Made by a program: the position numbers and the translations under genes. 64,000 nt of DNA from an uncultured Acidobacteriota bacterium (lineage in GTDB: Bacteria > Actinomycetota > Acidimicrobiia > Spongiisociales > ZC4RG35), in contig CAWHEU010000022.1 in NCBI GenBank assembly GCA_963828465.1, forward strand, positions 384,001 through 448,000, given 5' to 3'. The notes below the pieces were generated by a model, which saw nothing but the letters and a program-made list of their open reading frames with translations, was not told where the DNA came from and searched no databases. Of this stretch, positions 9,901-21,482 are shown piece after piece. The first letter of the stretch is position 1. Every line of letters starts with the position of its first letter.

Positions 9901-12328
9901 ATGATGTCGTATGACCACCAGGCGATCGAAGCGAAATGGCAGGACCGATGGGAGTCGGAGGGCGTGTTTCACACCACCGAAGACTCGACCAGGCCCAAGT
10001 TCTACAACGTGGCCATGTATCCCTATCCGTCGGGGGAGCTGCACATCGGCCACGTCCGCAACTACACCTACATCGACCTGATCACCCGCTACAAGATGAT
10101 GCAGGGCTTCAACGTCTTGAGCCCTATGGGGTGGGACAGTTTCGGGCTCCCGGCCGAGAATCTGGCGATCGAAACCGGCATTCATCCGAGGGTCAGCGTC
10201 GAGGCTCAAATCACCCGAATGAAGGAGCATTTCCGGAAGCTGGGGGCCGCATTCGACTGGAGCCGGGAAGTGGCGAGCCACGACCCTGCCTACTACCGAT
10301 GGGACCAGTGGCTGTTCCTCGAGCTCTACGACCGTGGTCTCGCCTACAAAGCGACCGCGCCCGTCAACTGGTGCCCCAAGGATCAGACCGTGCTCGCCAA
10401 CGAGCAGGTAGTGGATGGCGCCTGTGAGAGATGCGGGACGCTGGTCGAGAAGCGAAACCTCGCCCAATGGTTCTTCAAGATCACCGATTACGCCGATCGA
10501 CTCCTCGATGACCTGGATCATCTCGACGACTGGCCGGACCGGGTCCGCACGATGCAGCGGAACTGGATCGGCCGGTCCGAGGGCGCCCGGTTCAAGATTC
10601 CGATCGACGGCATCGATGCCTCGTTCGATGTGTTCACCACCCGGCCCGACACGATCTTCGGGATGACATTCTGCGTCCTCGCTCCCGAGCACCCACTTGT
10701 CGAGGAGTTGATCTCGGGCACCGACGTCGAGGCCGAGGCCAGGGAGTACATAGCTCGGGCGGCCCGTGAGTCGGAGATCGAGCGTCTCGCCGAGGGCGAG
10801 AAGACAGGGGTATTCACCGGTCGGTTCGCCATCAACCCGGTGGACGGGAAGCCGGTTCCGGTCTACATCGCCGACTATGTGCTGATGGGCTACGGCACCG
10901 GGGCGATCATGGCCGTCCCGGGTCAGGATCAGCGTGACTGGGATTTTGCCGTCAGGTATGGCCTCGACATCGTTCGCACGGTCGACCCGGGCCCTGAATG
11001 GGAGGGCGAGGCCTTCCTCGGGGACGGGCGGACGATCAATTCCGAGTTCCTGGACGGTCTCGACCGGGCCGGGGCAAAGGAGCGGATCATCACCTGGCTC
11101 GAGGAGCAGGGCATCGGCGAGGGGACGATCCAATACCGGCTCCGTGACTGGCTGATCTCAAGACAGCGTTACTGGGGATGTCCGATTCCGATGGTCGAAT
11201 GCCCCGAATGTGGGCTGGTCCCAGTTCCACGAGATCAGCTTCCGGTGACCCTGCCCGAGGTCGAGGACTATGCCCCGAAGGGACGCTCACCTCTGGCGGC
11301 CGTCGAGGATTGGGTGGCCACGACGTGTGCCCAGTGTGGGGGACCGGCCAGCCGGGAGACCGACACCATGGACACCTTCGTCGACTCGTCCTGGTACTAC
11401 TTCAGGTACACCGACCCCCACAACGTGGAGGCCATCTTCGACCGGGCCAAGGCCGAGTACTGGATGCCACTCGATCAGTACATCGGTGGGGTCGAGCACG
11501 CGATCCTCCACCTTCTCTACGCCAGGTTCATCACCAAGTTCCTCAATGACATCGGGCTGAGCCCGGTCACCGAGCCCTTCAGGCGGATGTTCACCCAGGG
11601 GATGCTCGTGAAGGACGGGGCAAAGATGTCCAAATCCAAGGGCAATGTCGTTCCACCAGACCGCTATTACCAGGAGTACGGCGCCGATGCCCTGCGCTTG
11701 TTCGAGCTGTTCGTGGGGCCGCCGACCGACGACGCCGTATGGAATGACAGCGGTGTTCCCGGCACGAAGCGGTTCCTCGACCGGGTTTGGAAGATGGGCA
11801 CCGCCGATCATCCCTTCGTGGACCGCGGCAGCGAACGATGACGATGCCGTGCTGATGGCGGAGACGCATCGCGCATTGAAGCGGGTCACCGAGGACATCA
11901 ACCGATTCCACTTCAACACCACGGTCTCCTCGCTGATGTCCCTGGCCAACGTGTTCCAGGAGTACCTGGGCCGCTCGCCGGTCGAGAAGACCTTCGACGA
12001 GGCTTACCGGATCATGGTCCTGATGCTGGCGCCCGCCGCACCCCATGTCGCCCACGAGTTGTGGGAGATGAGGGGGATGGGATCGATGCTGGCGGAGGAA
12101 CCCTGGCCCGGGTGGGACGAGTCGCTCGTGGCGGAGTCGACCGTGACCATGGTGGTCCAGGTCAACGGGAAGGTGCGCGACAGGGTCGATGTGCCGGCTG
12201 ACATCACCGCCGAGGAGGCGGAGCGGGTGGCGCTCGACCTCGACAAGGTCCAGGGTTGGATCGACGGCGCCGTGGTGCGCAAAGTCATCGCCCGTCCACC
12301 GAGCGTCATCAACTTCGTCGTGGGGTGA
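9901..12328 (+). CDS. leuS: Leucine--tRNA ligase, with an apparent frameshift near 11828
   Basis: MYPYPSGELHIGH, TTRPDT, GTGAIMAVP, KMSKSKGN; the C-terminal domain (FHFNTTVS..VVQVNGKVR) continues in ORF 11645-12328. Confidence 0.95.
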
Positions 12329-12717
12329 ACGCCGGCCAGATGCTGCGTGCTGGTGGGATCGACTTCCTTCGAGTGCGTGTGCTCATTGATCCCGTCGACC
12401 CGGAATCGGTCCGGGTCCGATCCGCCCCCGGGTTTATGCGCCGTCTCTGGGGCCGTGACATCCGCGCAATGACTTTGGGGAAGACCATCTTCCTCGACCC
12501 GGCTTTGATCACCGCCGTCCAGCAGAGGCCGGGCTTACTCCTCGTCCACGAGTTGGTCCACGTGCGTCAGTGGGGTGAGCTGGGGGTGATCCGGTTCCTC
12601 TGGCGGTATGTGACCGGGTATCTCGGCGGGCGTTGGAAGGGTCTCAGCCACCGCGCCGCTTACCTGGCGATCCCTCTCGAGGTGGAGGCGCGGGTGACCG
12701 CGCGTCTCCTCGAATGA
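12325..12717 (+). CDS. DUF4157-like HExxH putative metallopeptidase
   Basis: AMTLGKTIF..LLVHELVHVRQW..Y..IPLEVEAR; GTG start overlaps the leuS stop. Confidence 0.7.
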   Translation: MNAGQMLRAGGIDFLRVRVLIDPVDPESVRVRSAPGFMRRLWGRDIRAMTLGKTIFLDPALITAVQQRPGLLLVHELVHVRQWGELGVIRFLWRYVTGYLGGRWKGLSHRAAYLAIPLEVEARVTARLLE

Positions 12718-12726
12718 CGCCACTGC

Positions 12727-13536
12727 CTATTCGACTACCACTCCATCCAGATCCGGCTCGGGCGGATAAGTCGGATTCATCTGCTCCAGCGCTTTGATCA
12801 AAATGCTCGCCACGGCCAGGTCGCGGTACCACTTACGATCTGCAGGCACCACGTACCACGGCGCATGCTCGCTCGAAGTGCGGCTGAGAGCCTCCTCGTA
12901 GGCGAGGGAGAAGTCTTCCCACAATTTGCGGTCCTCGAGGTCGCCGACGTTGAACTTCCAACGCTTGTCCGGTTCCTTTAGACGGGCCTCGAGACGCTCC
13001 TTCTGCTCCTCTTTCGAGATGTGGAGGAACAGCTTGACCACGGTCGTCCCTTCATCGACCAGCAGCCGTTCGAATTCGACGATGTGGGCGTAGCGCTGAC
13101 GCCAGCGTTGCTCCGGGACCAGGCCCTTCACCCGCACTATCAGGACGTCCTCGTAGTGGGAGCGGTTGAAAATGGCTATCCCGCCGTTCTCCGGGGTTCG
13201 TTGATGGATGCGCCAGAGATAGTCGTGGGCTAACTCCCACTCATTAGGAACGCCGAATCCCCAGACCCGGACCCCCTGTGGGTTGACCCCCTTGAACACG
13301 CTGCGGATGGTCCCGTCCTTTCCGCCAGTGTCCATTGCCTGAAGGACGATCAGCAGTTTTTGCTTCGACTCGGCCCAGAGACGCGTCTGCAGCTCAGCCA
13401 GTGTCGAGTTCAACGGCTTCAGCGCCTCCTTGCCCTCGGACTTCCCTCCGTCGAAGCCTTCCGTGGAACGGGGGTCCCGGGCGGCGAGGTTGGCCTCGTT
13501 GCCGGGGGGGACCAAATAGGGGGCGATGTCGAGCAC
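12727..13536 (-). CDS. Polyphosphate kinase 2 family phosphotransferase
   Basis: LQAMDTGGKDGTI, FNRSHYEDVL, PWYVVPADRKWYR; start chosen at GTG 13536. Confidence 0.9.
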   Translation of the reverse strand: MLDIAPYLVPPGNEANLAARDPRSTEGFDGGKSEGKEALKPLNSTLAELQTRLWAESKQKLLIVLQAMDTGGKDGTIRSVFKGVNPQGVRVWGFGVPNEWELAHDYLWRIHQRTPENGGIAIFNRSHYEDVLIVRVKGLVPEQRWRQRYAHIVEFERLLVDEGTTVVKLFLHISKEEQKERLEARLKEPDKRWKFNVGDLEDRKLWEDFSLAYEEALSRTSSEHAPWYVVPADRKWYRDLAVASILIKALEQMNPTYPPEPDLDGVVVE

Positions 13537-13625
13537 GAGGCCGACCCTACCGAACGACCTTCTTCCCTCATCGGCAGCCGATTGGTATCTACGAAGTGAG
13601 TGGAGCGCGGTCGGTGGGGGTCGCA

Positions 13626-14180
13626 ATGGGTCGAACACAGACGCTGGCGCTGGGCTTGATCCTCGCCGCCATCCTCGTCGGAGCGGGGCTTGGAGTCACA
13701 GGAGACACGGCTCCGGTCGAAACGGCGCCAGTGACGGTGGAAACTGCGTCGACGCGTGATCCTGTCTTTCCGGTGTACGTGTCCGGTTGGGTGACGGCTC
13801 CGGGTGTAGTCGAGATGTCCGATGGAGCGATCGTGGCCGACGCAGTCGCCGCGGCCGGCGGCGCCCTGGAGGGGGCATTGCTCGACGCGATCAATCTGGC
13901 CAGGCCCCTGGTCGAAGGAGACCACGTGCAGATCCCGGGGCCCGGCGACTCATTGGCCGCCAGCGGTGGCGGGGAGAGGGATGACGGTCTGATCTCTCTC
14001 AACCAGGCGGATGCGTCGGCATTGGAAGAACTCCCCGGCGTCGGCCCCGTCCTGGCCGATCGGATCGTGGCCCATCGCGAGGCCAATGGGCCATTCGAGA
14101 CGGTTGAGGACCTCCTGGAAGTGCCGGGTATCGGCGAGGCCAAGTTGGCTGCGATGAGAGACTCGATCGCCGTGCCTTGA
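13626..14180 (+). CDS. comEA: Competence DNA-binding protein ComEA
   Basis: TM helix, SLBB domain (VYVSGWVTAPGV..INLARPLVEG) and HhH (ISLNQADASALEELPGVGP..VPGIGEAK). Confidence 0.9.
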   Translation: MGRTQTLALGLILAAILVGAGLGVTGDTAPVETAPVTVETASTRDPVFPVYVSGWVTAPGVVEMSDGAIVADAVAAAGGALEGALLDAINLARPLVEGDHVQIPGPGDSLAASGGGERDDGLISLNQADASALEELPGVGPVLADRIVAHREANGPFETVEDLLEVPGIGEAKLAAMRDSIAVP

Positions 14181-16252
14181 CCATCGACCATCCAGCGCTC
14201 CCCCCGGTTGTCTCCCGACCCTGGATCGGTGCCGCGGTGGCAGCGATGCTCGCGGCATGGGCCGGGCGCTCTCCTGGCTGGGGTCTCGTTCTGGCCTCGG
14301 TCCCTGTCCTTTGGATGTCGGCGAAGGGCCGGATCGGGGCTGCCCTGATCGTGGCTGTTGTCGCACTCCACTCTTCGATCGCCAATGCATCTCTCGAGCC
14401 GTTGCCCAGGGGCCGCCTCGAAACCGAGGGGGTGATGGCCGGCGATGTCATCGACGGCCGATATGGGCCATACGCCCTGGTCGATGTCGTTTCTGGCCCG
14501 ATCCTGGCCGACCTTCCGCCGAGCGCAGAAGCGTCACTCGGTGACGTCGTCCGGATCGAGGGAAGCGTCGTCGGTGAGGCAGGGGAGCTCGGGGGCCGGC
14601 TCTATCTCGGAACGGTCGACGTCGACGAGTTCGAGGTTGTTTCCGGTGCCAGGTCGCCGTTGATCGCACTGGGGAACGCGATGCGTAACCGGGTCATCGA
14701 GCGTCTCAGGCCGCTCGAGGGTGGCCGTGGCCTTCTCGCCGGATTCATGGTGGGCGACACCAGCGGGGTGGATGAGGTCGACCAGGCGGCGATGAGGAGG
14801 GCGGGTCTCTCGCATTTCACGGCTGTGAGCGGTTCGAACGTCGCGATCTTCCTGGGTCTCCTCTACGTGGCGGTAGGCCCGATCGGAATCGGGCCGAAGC
14901 GGAGGGCGGTTCTAGGCCTCCTCGGTCTGCCGGTGTTCGCAGCAGCCACACGATTCGAGCCCTCCGTCCTGCGTGCCTCCGCGATGGCCGGCTTGATTCT
15001 CGCCGGTCGTCTGATCGGGGTCGCGATGGAGACCTGGCAGGTTCTGTCCGCCGCCGTGATCGCGCTGGTGATCATCGACCCGGGTCTGGTGGCCAGCGCC
15101 GGGTTTCAGCTCTCGGTTGCAGCCACGGTTGGGGTGATCGTCGGCGCCAGATGGCCGTCCTCCGGCGGCAAGGTGATGCGGGCCCTGGCTGTGAGCATCG
15201 GTGCGCAGGTGGCAGTCGCCCCGCTGCTCATCCTTCACTTCGGCGTCGTACCCCTCCTCTCTCCCCTCGCCAACCTCCTGGCGGCGCCGCTGGTCGCTGG
15301 TTCCACCGTTCTGGGTGTGCTTGGAGTCGTCGGGCCGACCCTCCTGTCCGATCTGGGTGCGGGCCTGGCGGACGTCGTCCTTTGGATAGCTCGAACGGCA
15401 GCAGCATGGCCTCAGGTCGGCTGGTTGGGGATGGGGATCATGCTCGTGGCGGGGTTGATTCATCTGTTTCGACCGGGGCTCAGGGGTGTCGTGGCCCTAT
15501 TGGGAGCGGGCGTAGTCGCCTTTCTGATGCTGGCCCCAGCCCGCTCACTACCCGAGCATGGTGCGGTGGTCCTCGATGTGGGCCAGGGTGACGCGGTGCT
15601 GCTGTCGGGCGGTCCTGGGAATCTCGCTCTTGTCGACGGCGGTCCCGATCCGGTCACTCTGATCGAGAACATGGACGAGTACCGGGTGAAGGCGCTGGAT
15701 CTCGTGGTCCTGACCCACGCCCACGCCGATCACGCTCTCGGTCTCACAGCTCTGGCGGGGAGGATCTCGATCGGGGAGGTTTGGGCCCGGGTCCACCCCC
15801 ATGAGACGGCAGCCTCGACTGACCTCTTCAGACTCCTCTCGGGAGCCGGTATCCAGGTCGTGGAGCCGTCGATGGGTGAGGAGTACCGCCTCGGGGCGCT
15901 GACCCTCGCTGTGGACGGCCCATCCCGTCAATACGCCTCATCGAACGACCAGTCGATCGTCCTCACCGTGAGAGGTCCCAGGAGAACCATGCTGCTGGCG
16001 GGCGACATCGAGACCTACGCCCAGGCCGAGTTGGCGCATCTGAGGGCGGATGTGCTGAAGGTGCCCCATCATGGTGCCGGTACTTCAGACGCTCGCTGGC
16101 TGGAACACGTGGGTGCCGACCTGGCTGTGATCTCAGTTGGCGCTAACGATTTCGGGCATCCCGTCGACTGGGTCATCTCAACACTCGAGAAGAGCGGCGC
16201 CACTGTCTTGCGCACGGATCTGGTCGGAGACGTCCTCGTTCCTCTCGGCTGA
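14177..16252 (+). CDS. comEC: Competence channel ComEC/Rec2
   Basis: GLSHFTAVSGSNV, PSVLRA, GFQLS; metallo-beta-lactamase domain LDVGQGDA, THAHADH, KVPHHG. Confidence 0.92.
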   Translation: MTIDHPALPPVVSRPWIGAAVAAMLAAWAGRSPGWGLVLASVPVLWMSAKGRIGAALIVAVVALHSSIANASLEPLPRGRLETEGVMAGDVIDGRYGPYALVDVVSGPILADLPPSAEASLGDVVRIEGSVVGEAGELGGRLYLGTVDVDEFEVVSGARSPLIALGNAMRNRVIERLRPLEGGRGLLAGFMVGDTSGVDEVDQAAMRRAGLSHFTAVSGSNVAIFLGLLYVAVGPIGIGPKRRAVLGLLGLPVFAAATRFEPSVLRASAMAGLILAGRLIGVAMETWQVLSAAVIALVIIDPGLVASAGFQLSVAATVGVIVGARWPSSGGKVMRALAVSIGAQVAVAPLLILHFGVVPLLSPLANLLAAPLVAGSTVLGVLGVVGPTLLSDLGAGLADVVLWIARTAAAWPQVGWLGMGIMLVAGLIHLFRPGLRGVVALLGAGVVAFLMLAPARSLPEHGAVVLDVGQGDAVLLSGGPGNLALVDGGPDPVTLIENMDEYRVKALDLVVLTHAHADHALGLTALAGRISIGEVWARVHPHETAASTDLFRLLSGAGIQVVEPSMGEEYRLGALTLAVDGPSRQYASSNDQSIVLTVRGPRRTMLLAGDIETYAQAELAHLRADVLKVPHHGAGTSDARWLEHVGADLAVISVGANDFGHPVDWVISTLEKSGATVLRTDLVGDVLVPLG

Positions 16253-16270
16253 AGCTGGGAGACTGGGTCG

Positions 16271-17065
16271 GTGCTGGATCTAGGTGTGACGCAACTTCCC
16301 CTGGGAGAAATCACATATGTGATGGGAGTCATCAACGTCTCCCCGGATTCCAAGAACGTCCACACCGTCGTCGGTTCCGTTGACGAGGCGTTGCTCTTGG
16401 CCGACCGTTATCGGTCCTGGGGGGCCACGATGATCGACCTCGGTGGGCAATCGTCACACTTCGACAACCTGACAATCGAGGCGACGGACGAGATCGCAAG
16501 AGTGGTCCCGGTCATCGAGGCCCTGGTCGCCGAGGGGCATCTGGTCGGAATCGATACCTGGAAGCCGGATGTGGCCTCCGCAGCCGTCGACGCCGGGGCG
16601 GTCATCATCAACGACACCGGTGGTCTGGCCGACCCGGAGATGCGCCAGGCCGTCGCCCAGGCCGGGGTCGCGGCCATCGCCGTATATGTGGAAGGGGACA
16701 ACCCGCACAATGTCGGAGAGATCGAGATCACGGAGGACAAGGCCGACCAGACGGCGAATGCCTTTGGCGTTCTGCTCTCTGAGCTGGCAGAGGTCGGCAT
16801 CGAGAACGTGATCCTCGATCCGGGAATCGCCCTCAACTATCGAGGCGACTACGAGGCGTATACCCGGATGCAACTCCGGGTCATCGCCGATTCCGGGCGG
16901 TTGCGGGATCTCGGCAAGCCGGTCCTGATCCCGATCCCGCGGAAGCGAGATTTCCATCGCGTGGTGGCCTACATCTCACTCGCATTGGAGCACAAGGCGG
17001 ACATCATCCGGGTCCACGACGTGGCCGTCGCTTGCGACCTGGCCAAGCTCTTCGGGCGTGCCTGA
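16271..17065 (+). CDS. Dihydropteroate-synthase-like pterin-binding protein (divergent)
   Basis: MGVINVSPDS, IDLGG, IDTWK..VA, IINDTGG, ILDPGI, IIRVHDV. Confidence 0.8.
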   Translation: MLDLGVTQLPLGEITYVMGVINVSPDSKNVHTVVGSVDEALLLADRYRSWGATMIDLGGQSSHFDNLTIEATDEIARVVPVIEALVAEGHLVGIDTWKPDVASAAVDAGAVIINDTGGLADPEMRQAVAQAGVAAIAVYVEGDNPHNVGEIEITEDKADQTANAFGVLLSELAEVGIENVILDPGIALNYRGDYEAYTRMQLRVIADSGRLRDLGKPVLIPIPRKRDFHRVVAYISLALEHKADIIRVHDVAVACDLAKLFGRA

Positions 17066-17103
17066 CCAACGAATCGGTCGGTGGTTCTGATTACCGTCAA
17101 GCC

Positions 17104-18087
17104 ATGGCGTTGCTGCTGATCTCGGCGCAGTCGAATGCAGGGCCCGGAGAGCGTGAGCAGATGCTCGATGGAGCGGCACAGCATTTCGCACGAGCCGGGC
17201 TGGAGCGGGGCCAGGTGGTCAGGGTCGACGTGCCGGGTCGCGGGGCAGGGGAGGAGGGTGACGGTGCCCTCCGCACCGAGTTGGAGCCGGTCATCCCGTT
17301 GCTGCAATCCGGTTCGCTCTTCGGAGAGGGTCAAGGCTTGCAGCTCGTAGACGCCCAGAATCTTCAAGCCTCGGAGGGCGCCGTATTGGAGGAGTTGATC
17401 GAGACGGCCGACCTCGCCACGATCGAAGTGGTGATCCTGGCTACCGGAGCCCTGCCCAGGTCATTGTCCGCCCTCGTCAAGAGGCTGGGCAGCTCCCAGT
17501 CGGTGCGAAAAATGTGGGAGAGGCAGGCCATGCAATGGCTCGAAGCCGAAGTCCGCGATCGTGGCCTCACCCTCGAGAAGGGCGCCGAGAAGGCCCTTCT
17601 CCAGAAATTTGGTTCCGATACGGCAGCCATGGGACAGGCGCTCGATCAGCTCGAGCAGACCAGCGGGAAGATCACCAAGGATGTCGTGCTCGACCGGTTC
17701 AAGAACCGTCCCGACGAGCCGACCTTCCTGATCACAGATGCGATGTCGAGAGGCGACGTTGGGGAGGCGCTGCGACGTCTCTCGGATTTCCTCGTCCACG
17801 GGCATCCGCTGGTGTTTCTGGCGGCTGTCGAGTCGGATCTGAAGAAGCGAGCGCTTGCGGCGGCGGCGCCGGATGAGCCGACGTTCCGCCAATGGCTCGG
17901 CGCCACAGCCGCCGATCGGGGGCCGGCACGGTTCTGGTCACAGCGGGGACGGGTCAGGGAGTCGTCGTTGCGACGAGCTCAAGAGGCCTTGGTGCGGGCG
18001 GACCGGGTGATCAAGTCACAACCGGAAGAGGTGCATCGGGTGACTCTGGAGCGGCTGACGGTTGCCTTCTGCCGCTGGTATGGGTGA
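17104..18087 (+). CDS. holA: DNA polymerase III delta subunit
   Basis: Canonical comEC-holA-rpsT position; SLFG motif, FLITDA, ADRVIK..LERL. Confidence 0.8.
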   Translation: MALLLISAQSNAGPGEREQMLDGAAQHFARAGLERGQVVRVDVPGRGAGEEGDGALRTELEPVIPLLQSGSLFGEGQGLQLVDAQNLQASEGAVLEELIETADLATIEVVILATGALPRSLSALVKRLGSSQSVRKMWERQAMQWLEAEVRDRGLTLEKGAEKALLQKFGSDTAAMGQALDQLEQTSGKITKDVVLDRFKNRPDEPTFLITDAMSRGDVGEALRRLSDFLVHGHPLVFLAAVESDLKKRALAAAAPDEPTFRQWLGATAADRGPARFWSQRGRVRESSLRRAQEALVRADRVIKSQPEEVHRVTLERLTVAFCRWYG

Positions 18088-18109
18088 ACGCTCCTGCCGG
18101 GGCGTTCAC
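18084..18109. terminator. Hairpin between convergent holA and rpsT
   Basis: gtgaacgctcc-tgcc-ggggcgttcac inverted repeat. Confidence 0.5.
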
Positions 18110-18119
18110 GTACTAGAAA

Positions 18120-18377
18120 CTAGGCGCTAGTAGTGACTCGCTTGGCGAGTCGTGACTTCTTGCGGGCGGCGGCCTTCTTGTGGAGGACGCCCTTCGAGAC
18201 CGCCGTGTCGATCTTCGCCTGCGCCTCGCGGAGCAACTCGTCGGTTGGCTCGCCTGCGGCGGCAGCTGTCTCCACTTTCTTGACACTCGTCTTCAGGTTG
18301 GAGTTGATCGATTTGTTGCGCATACGCCGGATCTCGTTCTGGCGGTTCCGCTTGATCTGTGACTTGATGTTGGCCAT
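18120..18377 (-). CDS. rpsT: 30S ribosomal protein S20
   Basis: [31 protein letters not shown]. Confidence 0.97.
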   Translation of the reverse strand: MANIKSQIKRNRQNEIRRMRNKSINSNLKTSVKKVETAAAAGEPTDELLREAQAKIDTAVSKGVLHKKAAARKKSRLAKRVTTSA

Positions 18378-18495
18378 GTTGAAAAAGGTCTCGATTGGTC
18401 GGGAATCGGCACTCATGGGTCGGGTCTGTGCGCCGGAAACTGCAGAGTAGCAGCCCCATATTCCAAGGTACAATGCCGCCTCCTCCCGGTTTCCC

Positions 18496-20304
18496 GTGAC
18501 CAATCAATCGCGCATACGCAACTTCTCGATAATCGCCCACATCGACCATGGGAAGTCGACCCTGGCCGATCGCCTCCTGGAGTTGACCGGCGCGGTCAGC
18601 GAGCGTGACATGCGTGAGCAGATCCTCGACACGATGGACCTGGAGCGGGAGCGCGGGATCACTATCAAGGCACAGACCGTCCGGCTCTCCTATCGGGCCG
18701 CCGACGGTCATGAATACGAGCTGAACCTCATCGACACGCCGGGGCATGTCGACTTCTCCTACGAGGTGTCCCGCTCGCTTGCTGCATGCGAAGGCGCCTT
18801 GCTGCTGGTGGATGCCGCCCAGGGCGTCCAGGCGCAGACTCTGGCCAATGCCTACCTCGCTGTCGACGCCGGGCTCGAGGTGATACCGGCCATCAACAAG
18901 ATCGATCTGATCGCCGCAGACCCCGACCGCGTCGCCGGCGAGATCACCAACGTGATCGGCGGATCCTCCGACGACATCGTGCGAATCTCGGCCAAGACCG
19001 GAGAAGGCGTGACCGGGCTACTCGAGCGTCTCGTCGAGCAGGTGCCACCACCGGCGGGCGATCCCGATGCCCCTCTGCGCGCCCTCGTCTTCGACTCTTA
19101 CTACGACGCGTACAGGGGAGTGGTCTGTTACGTCCGTGTCGTCGACGGCCGGCTCCGTTCCGGATTCCGGCTGAAGTTCATCGCCACTGGAGAGACACAC
19201 GACGCAGCGGAAGTAGGCGTCCTCACGCCCTCGGCGAAACCGGTCAGCGCCCTCGAAGCGGGAGAGGTTGGCTATCTGATAACCGGGGTCAAGGAGATCG
19301 ACCGGATCAAGGTCGGTGACACTCTGACCGACGCCGCAAGCCCGGCTCGTGACCCGCTGCCCGGTTACGCCGAGCCCAAACCGATGGTTTTCTCGGGTCT
19401 GTTTCCCACCGATGGCGACGACTTCGAACGGTTGCGGGAGGCGCTCGAGAAGCTCCGCCTCAACGACGGGTCATTGATGTGGGAGGCGGAGACGAGTCGC
19501 GCCCTGGGATTCGGGTTCCGGGTCGGCTTCCTCGGCCTGCTCCACATGGAGATCGTGAGGGAGCGCTTGGAGCGCGAGTACGACCTGGACCTGGTCGCCA
19601 CGGCGCCTTCGGTCGCCTATCGAGTGACCCTCCCTGACGGCAGCATTCGAGAGATCAAGTCGCCCCAAGATCTGCCTGACCCCGGGGGCCGGGTCGGCGT
19701 CTCCGAGCCGTACGTTCGGGCGATGATCCTCACCCCGACCGAGTACGTCGGCCCGATCATGGAGCTGGTCACGACGAAACGGGGCGAGATGGGCAACATG
19801 AGCTATCTGAGCCCGGAGCGGGTCGAGCTCGACTACCAGATTCCCCTGGCCGAGATCGTGTTCGACTTCTTCGACCTCCTCAAGTCGAGGACGAAGGGCT
19901 ATGCCTCGCTCGACTATGAGCCGGCCGACTACCGGACGGCTGACCTGGTCAAGGTCGACATCCTGCTCAATGGCCAGCCGGTGGATGCGTTCTCCGCCGT
20001 TCTCCATCGTGACAAAGCCTCCGACTACGGGAAGACGATGACCGGGCGTCTTCGCAGTCTGATCCCGCGCCAGATGTTCGATGTGCCGATACAGGCGGCG
20101 ATCGGGGGCAAGATCATCAGTCGGGAGACGGTGAAGGCGAAACGCAAGGACGTGATCGCCAAGTGCTACGGCGGTGATGTCACACGCAAGAAGAAGCTTC
20201 TCAGCAAGCAGAAGGAAGGCAAGAAGCGAATGAAGATGGTGGGCTCGGTGGAGGTCCCCCAGGAGGCGTTTGTGGCCGCACTCCGGGTCGACGACGACTC
20301 ATGA
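18496..20304 (+). CDS. lepA: Elongation factor 4
   Basis: [42 protein letters not shown]. Confidence 0.97.
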   Translation: MTNQSRIRNFSIIAHIDHGKSTLADRLLELTGAVSERDMREQILDTMDLERERGITIKAQTVRLSYRAADGHEYELNLIDTPGHVDFSYEVSRSLAACEGALLLVDAAQGVQAQTLANAYLAVDAGLEVIPAINKIDLIAADPDRVAGEITNVIGGSSDDIVRISAKTGEGVTGLLERLVEQVPPPAGDPDAPLRALVFDSYYDAYRGVVCYVRVVDGRLRSGFRLKFIATGETHDAAEVGVLTPSAKPVSALEAGEVGYLITGVKEIDRIKVGDTLTDAASPARDPLPGYAEPKPMVFSGLFPTDGDDFERLREALEKLRLNDGSLMWEAETSRALGFGFRVGFLGLLHMEIVRERLEREYDLDLVATAPSVAYRVTLPDGSIREIKSPQDLPDPGGRVGVSEPYVRAMILTPTEYVGPIMELVTTKRGEMGNMSYLSPERVELDYQIPLAEIVFDFFDLLKSRTKGYASLDYEPADYRTADLVKVDILLNGQPVDAFSAVLHRDKASDYGKTMTGRLRSLIPRQMFDVPIQAAIGGKIISRETVKAKRKDVIAKCYGGDVTRKKKLLSKQKEGKKRMKMVGSVEVPQEAFVAALRVDDDS

Positions 20305-21476
20305 ACAGCACAGACGTCGACATCCACGCCTCGAAAGCCGCTGCTTACGTCCACATCCCGTTCTGCTCCGCCGTCTGCCCATACTGCGACTTCGCCGTGG
20401 TGGCTGGGGCGGATGACCGAATCGAGCGTTACATCGATGCCGTCGTCGCCGAGATCCGCATGGCGGGGCCCTGGCAGGAGCTCGAGGCGGTGTACTTCGG
20501 TGGGGGCACCCCAAGCCATGTCAGTCCGCATTTCCTGGGACTGGTTCTCGACGCCCTTCAGGCCTGTCATGGCATCGCAGAAGATGCCGAAGTATCACTG
20601 GAGGCCAACCCCGAGGACTTCAGTGAGCAAAGGGCTGACGCCCTGCTCACCGCCGGATTCAACCGGGTGTCATTCGGGGCTCAGAGTTTCGATGACGGAG
20701 TGCTGGCCAGGTTGGGCCGGCGTCATCGAGCCGAGGACATCGAGGGCTCAGTCGACAACGCACGTCGGGCGGGCTTTGGCAACATCTCGCTCGACCTGAT
20801 CTTCGGCACACCGGAGGAGACTGAACGGTCGTGGGAGGATTCACTGCAACGAGCGGTCGACCTCCGGCCGGACCATGTCTCCTGCTACGCGCTGACCGTC
20901 GAGCCGGGCACTCCGCTTCATCGTGAGGTGAAGGCCGGGGCCGATGCGCCGGATCCCGACGTCCAAGCTGATCGCTACGAGCTTGCCGAGCGACTCCTTC
21001 CCATCGCAGGGCTCGAAAGGTACGAGGTGTCCAACTGGTCCCGAGCCGGCCAGGAATGCAAGTACAACCTCGTCGTTTGGGCCCAGGGCGAGTACGAGGC
21101 CTACGGCAACGGGGCCCACCGCTTCCTGAACGGGGTGCGAAGTCACAACGTGCGCCGGCTCGACGCATACGTGGATCGTGTCGAGGGCGGAATGAGGCCC
21201 ATTGCCGGCGCCGACCCGATCGAGGGTTGGGATGTCGAGATCGACCGCCTCTTCGTTGGTTTGCGCCGATCGGCAGGCGTGGGTACCGGCCCCGGCGTGG
21301 AGTCGCTGCTTCAGACCAGCGGTGGGCAGATGCTGCTCAGAGAAGGGATCATCGAGGTCGCCAAGGGCAGACTCATGGTCCGGCGACCGTTGCTCACCGA
21401 CGAGGTGCACCGCCAAGTGCTCGATCTGGACCCACCGCAGGGGTGGGTGGAGTCGACCAACACGGATAACCTCTGA
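20301..21476 (+). CDS. hemW: Radical SAM heme chaperone HemW
   Basis: [30 protein letters not shown]; lies between lepA and hrcA. Confidence 0.9.
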   Translation: MNSTDVDIHASKAAAYVHIPFCSAVCPYCDFAVVAGADDRIERYIDAVVAEIRMAGPWQELEAVYFGGGTPSHVSPHFLGLVLDALQACHGIAEDAEVSLEANPEDFSEQRADALLTAGFNRVSFGAQSFDDGVLARLGRRHRAEDIEGSVDNARRAGFGNISLDLIFGTPEETERSWEDSLQRAVDLRPDHVSCYALTVEPGTPLHREVKAGADAPDPDVQADRYELAERLLPIAGLERYEVSNWSRAGQECKYNLVVWAQGEYEAYGNGAHRFLNGVRSHNVRRLDAYVDRVEGGMRPIAGADPIEGWDVEIDRLFVGLRRSAGVGTGPGVESLLQTSGGQMLLREGIIEVAKGRLMVRRPLLTDEVHRQVLDLDPPQGWVESTNTDNL

Positions 21477-21482
21477 TGCAAC

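Noticed and set aside
11820-11860. Genuinely split (alpha/beta) LeuRS
   Set aside because: A one-base correction restores a continuous protein, and four similar indels occur nearby, so error is more parsimonious.
12325-12717. Contractile injection system implied by the DUF4157-like gene
   Set aside because: Stand-alone small gene with no sheath, tube or baseplate genes nearby.
18406-18435. CIRCE operator upstream of lepA-hemW-hrcA
   Set aside because: Only a partial left half (ggcactc); the right half GAGTGCTAA is absent at 9-nt spacing.
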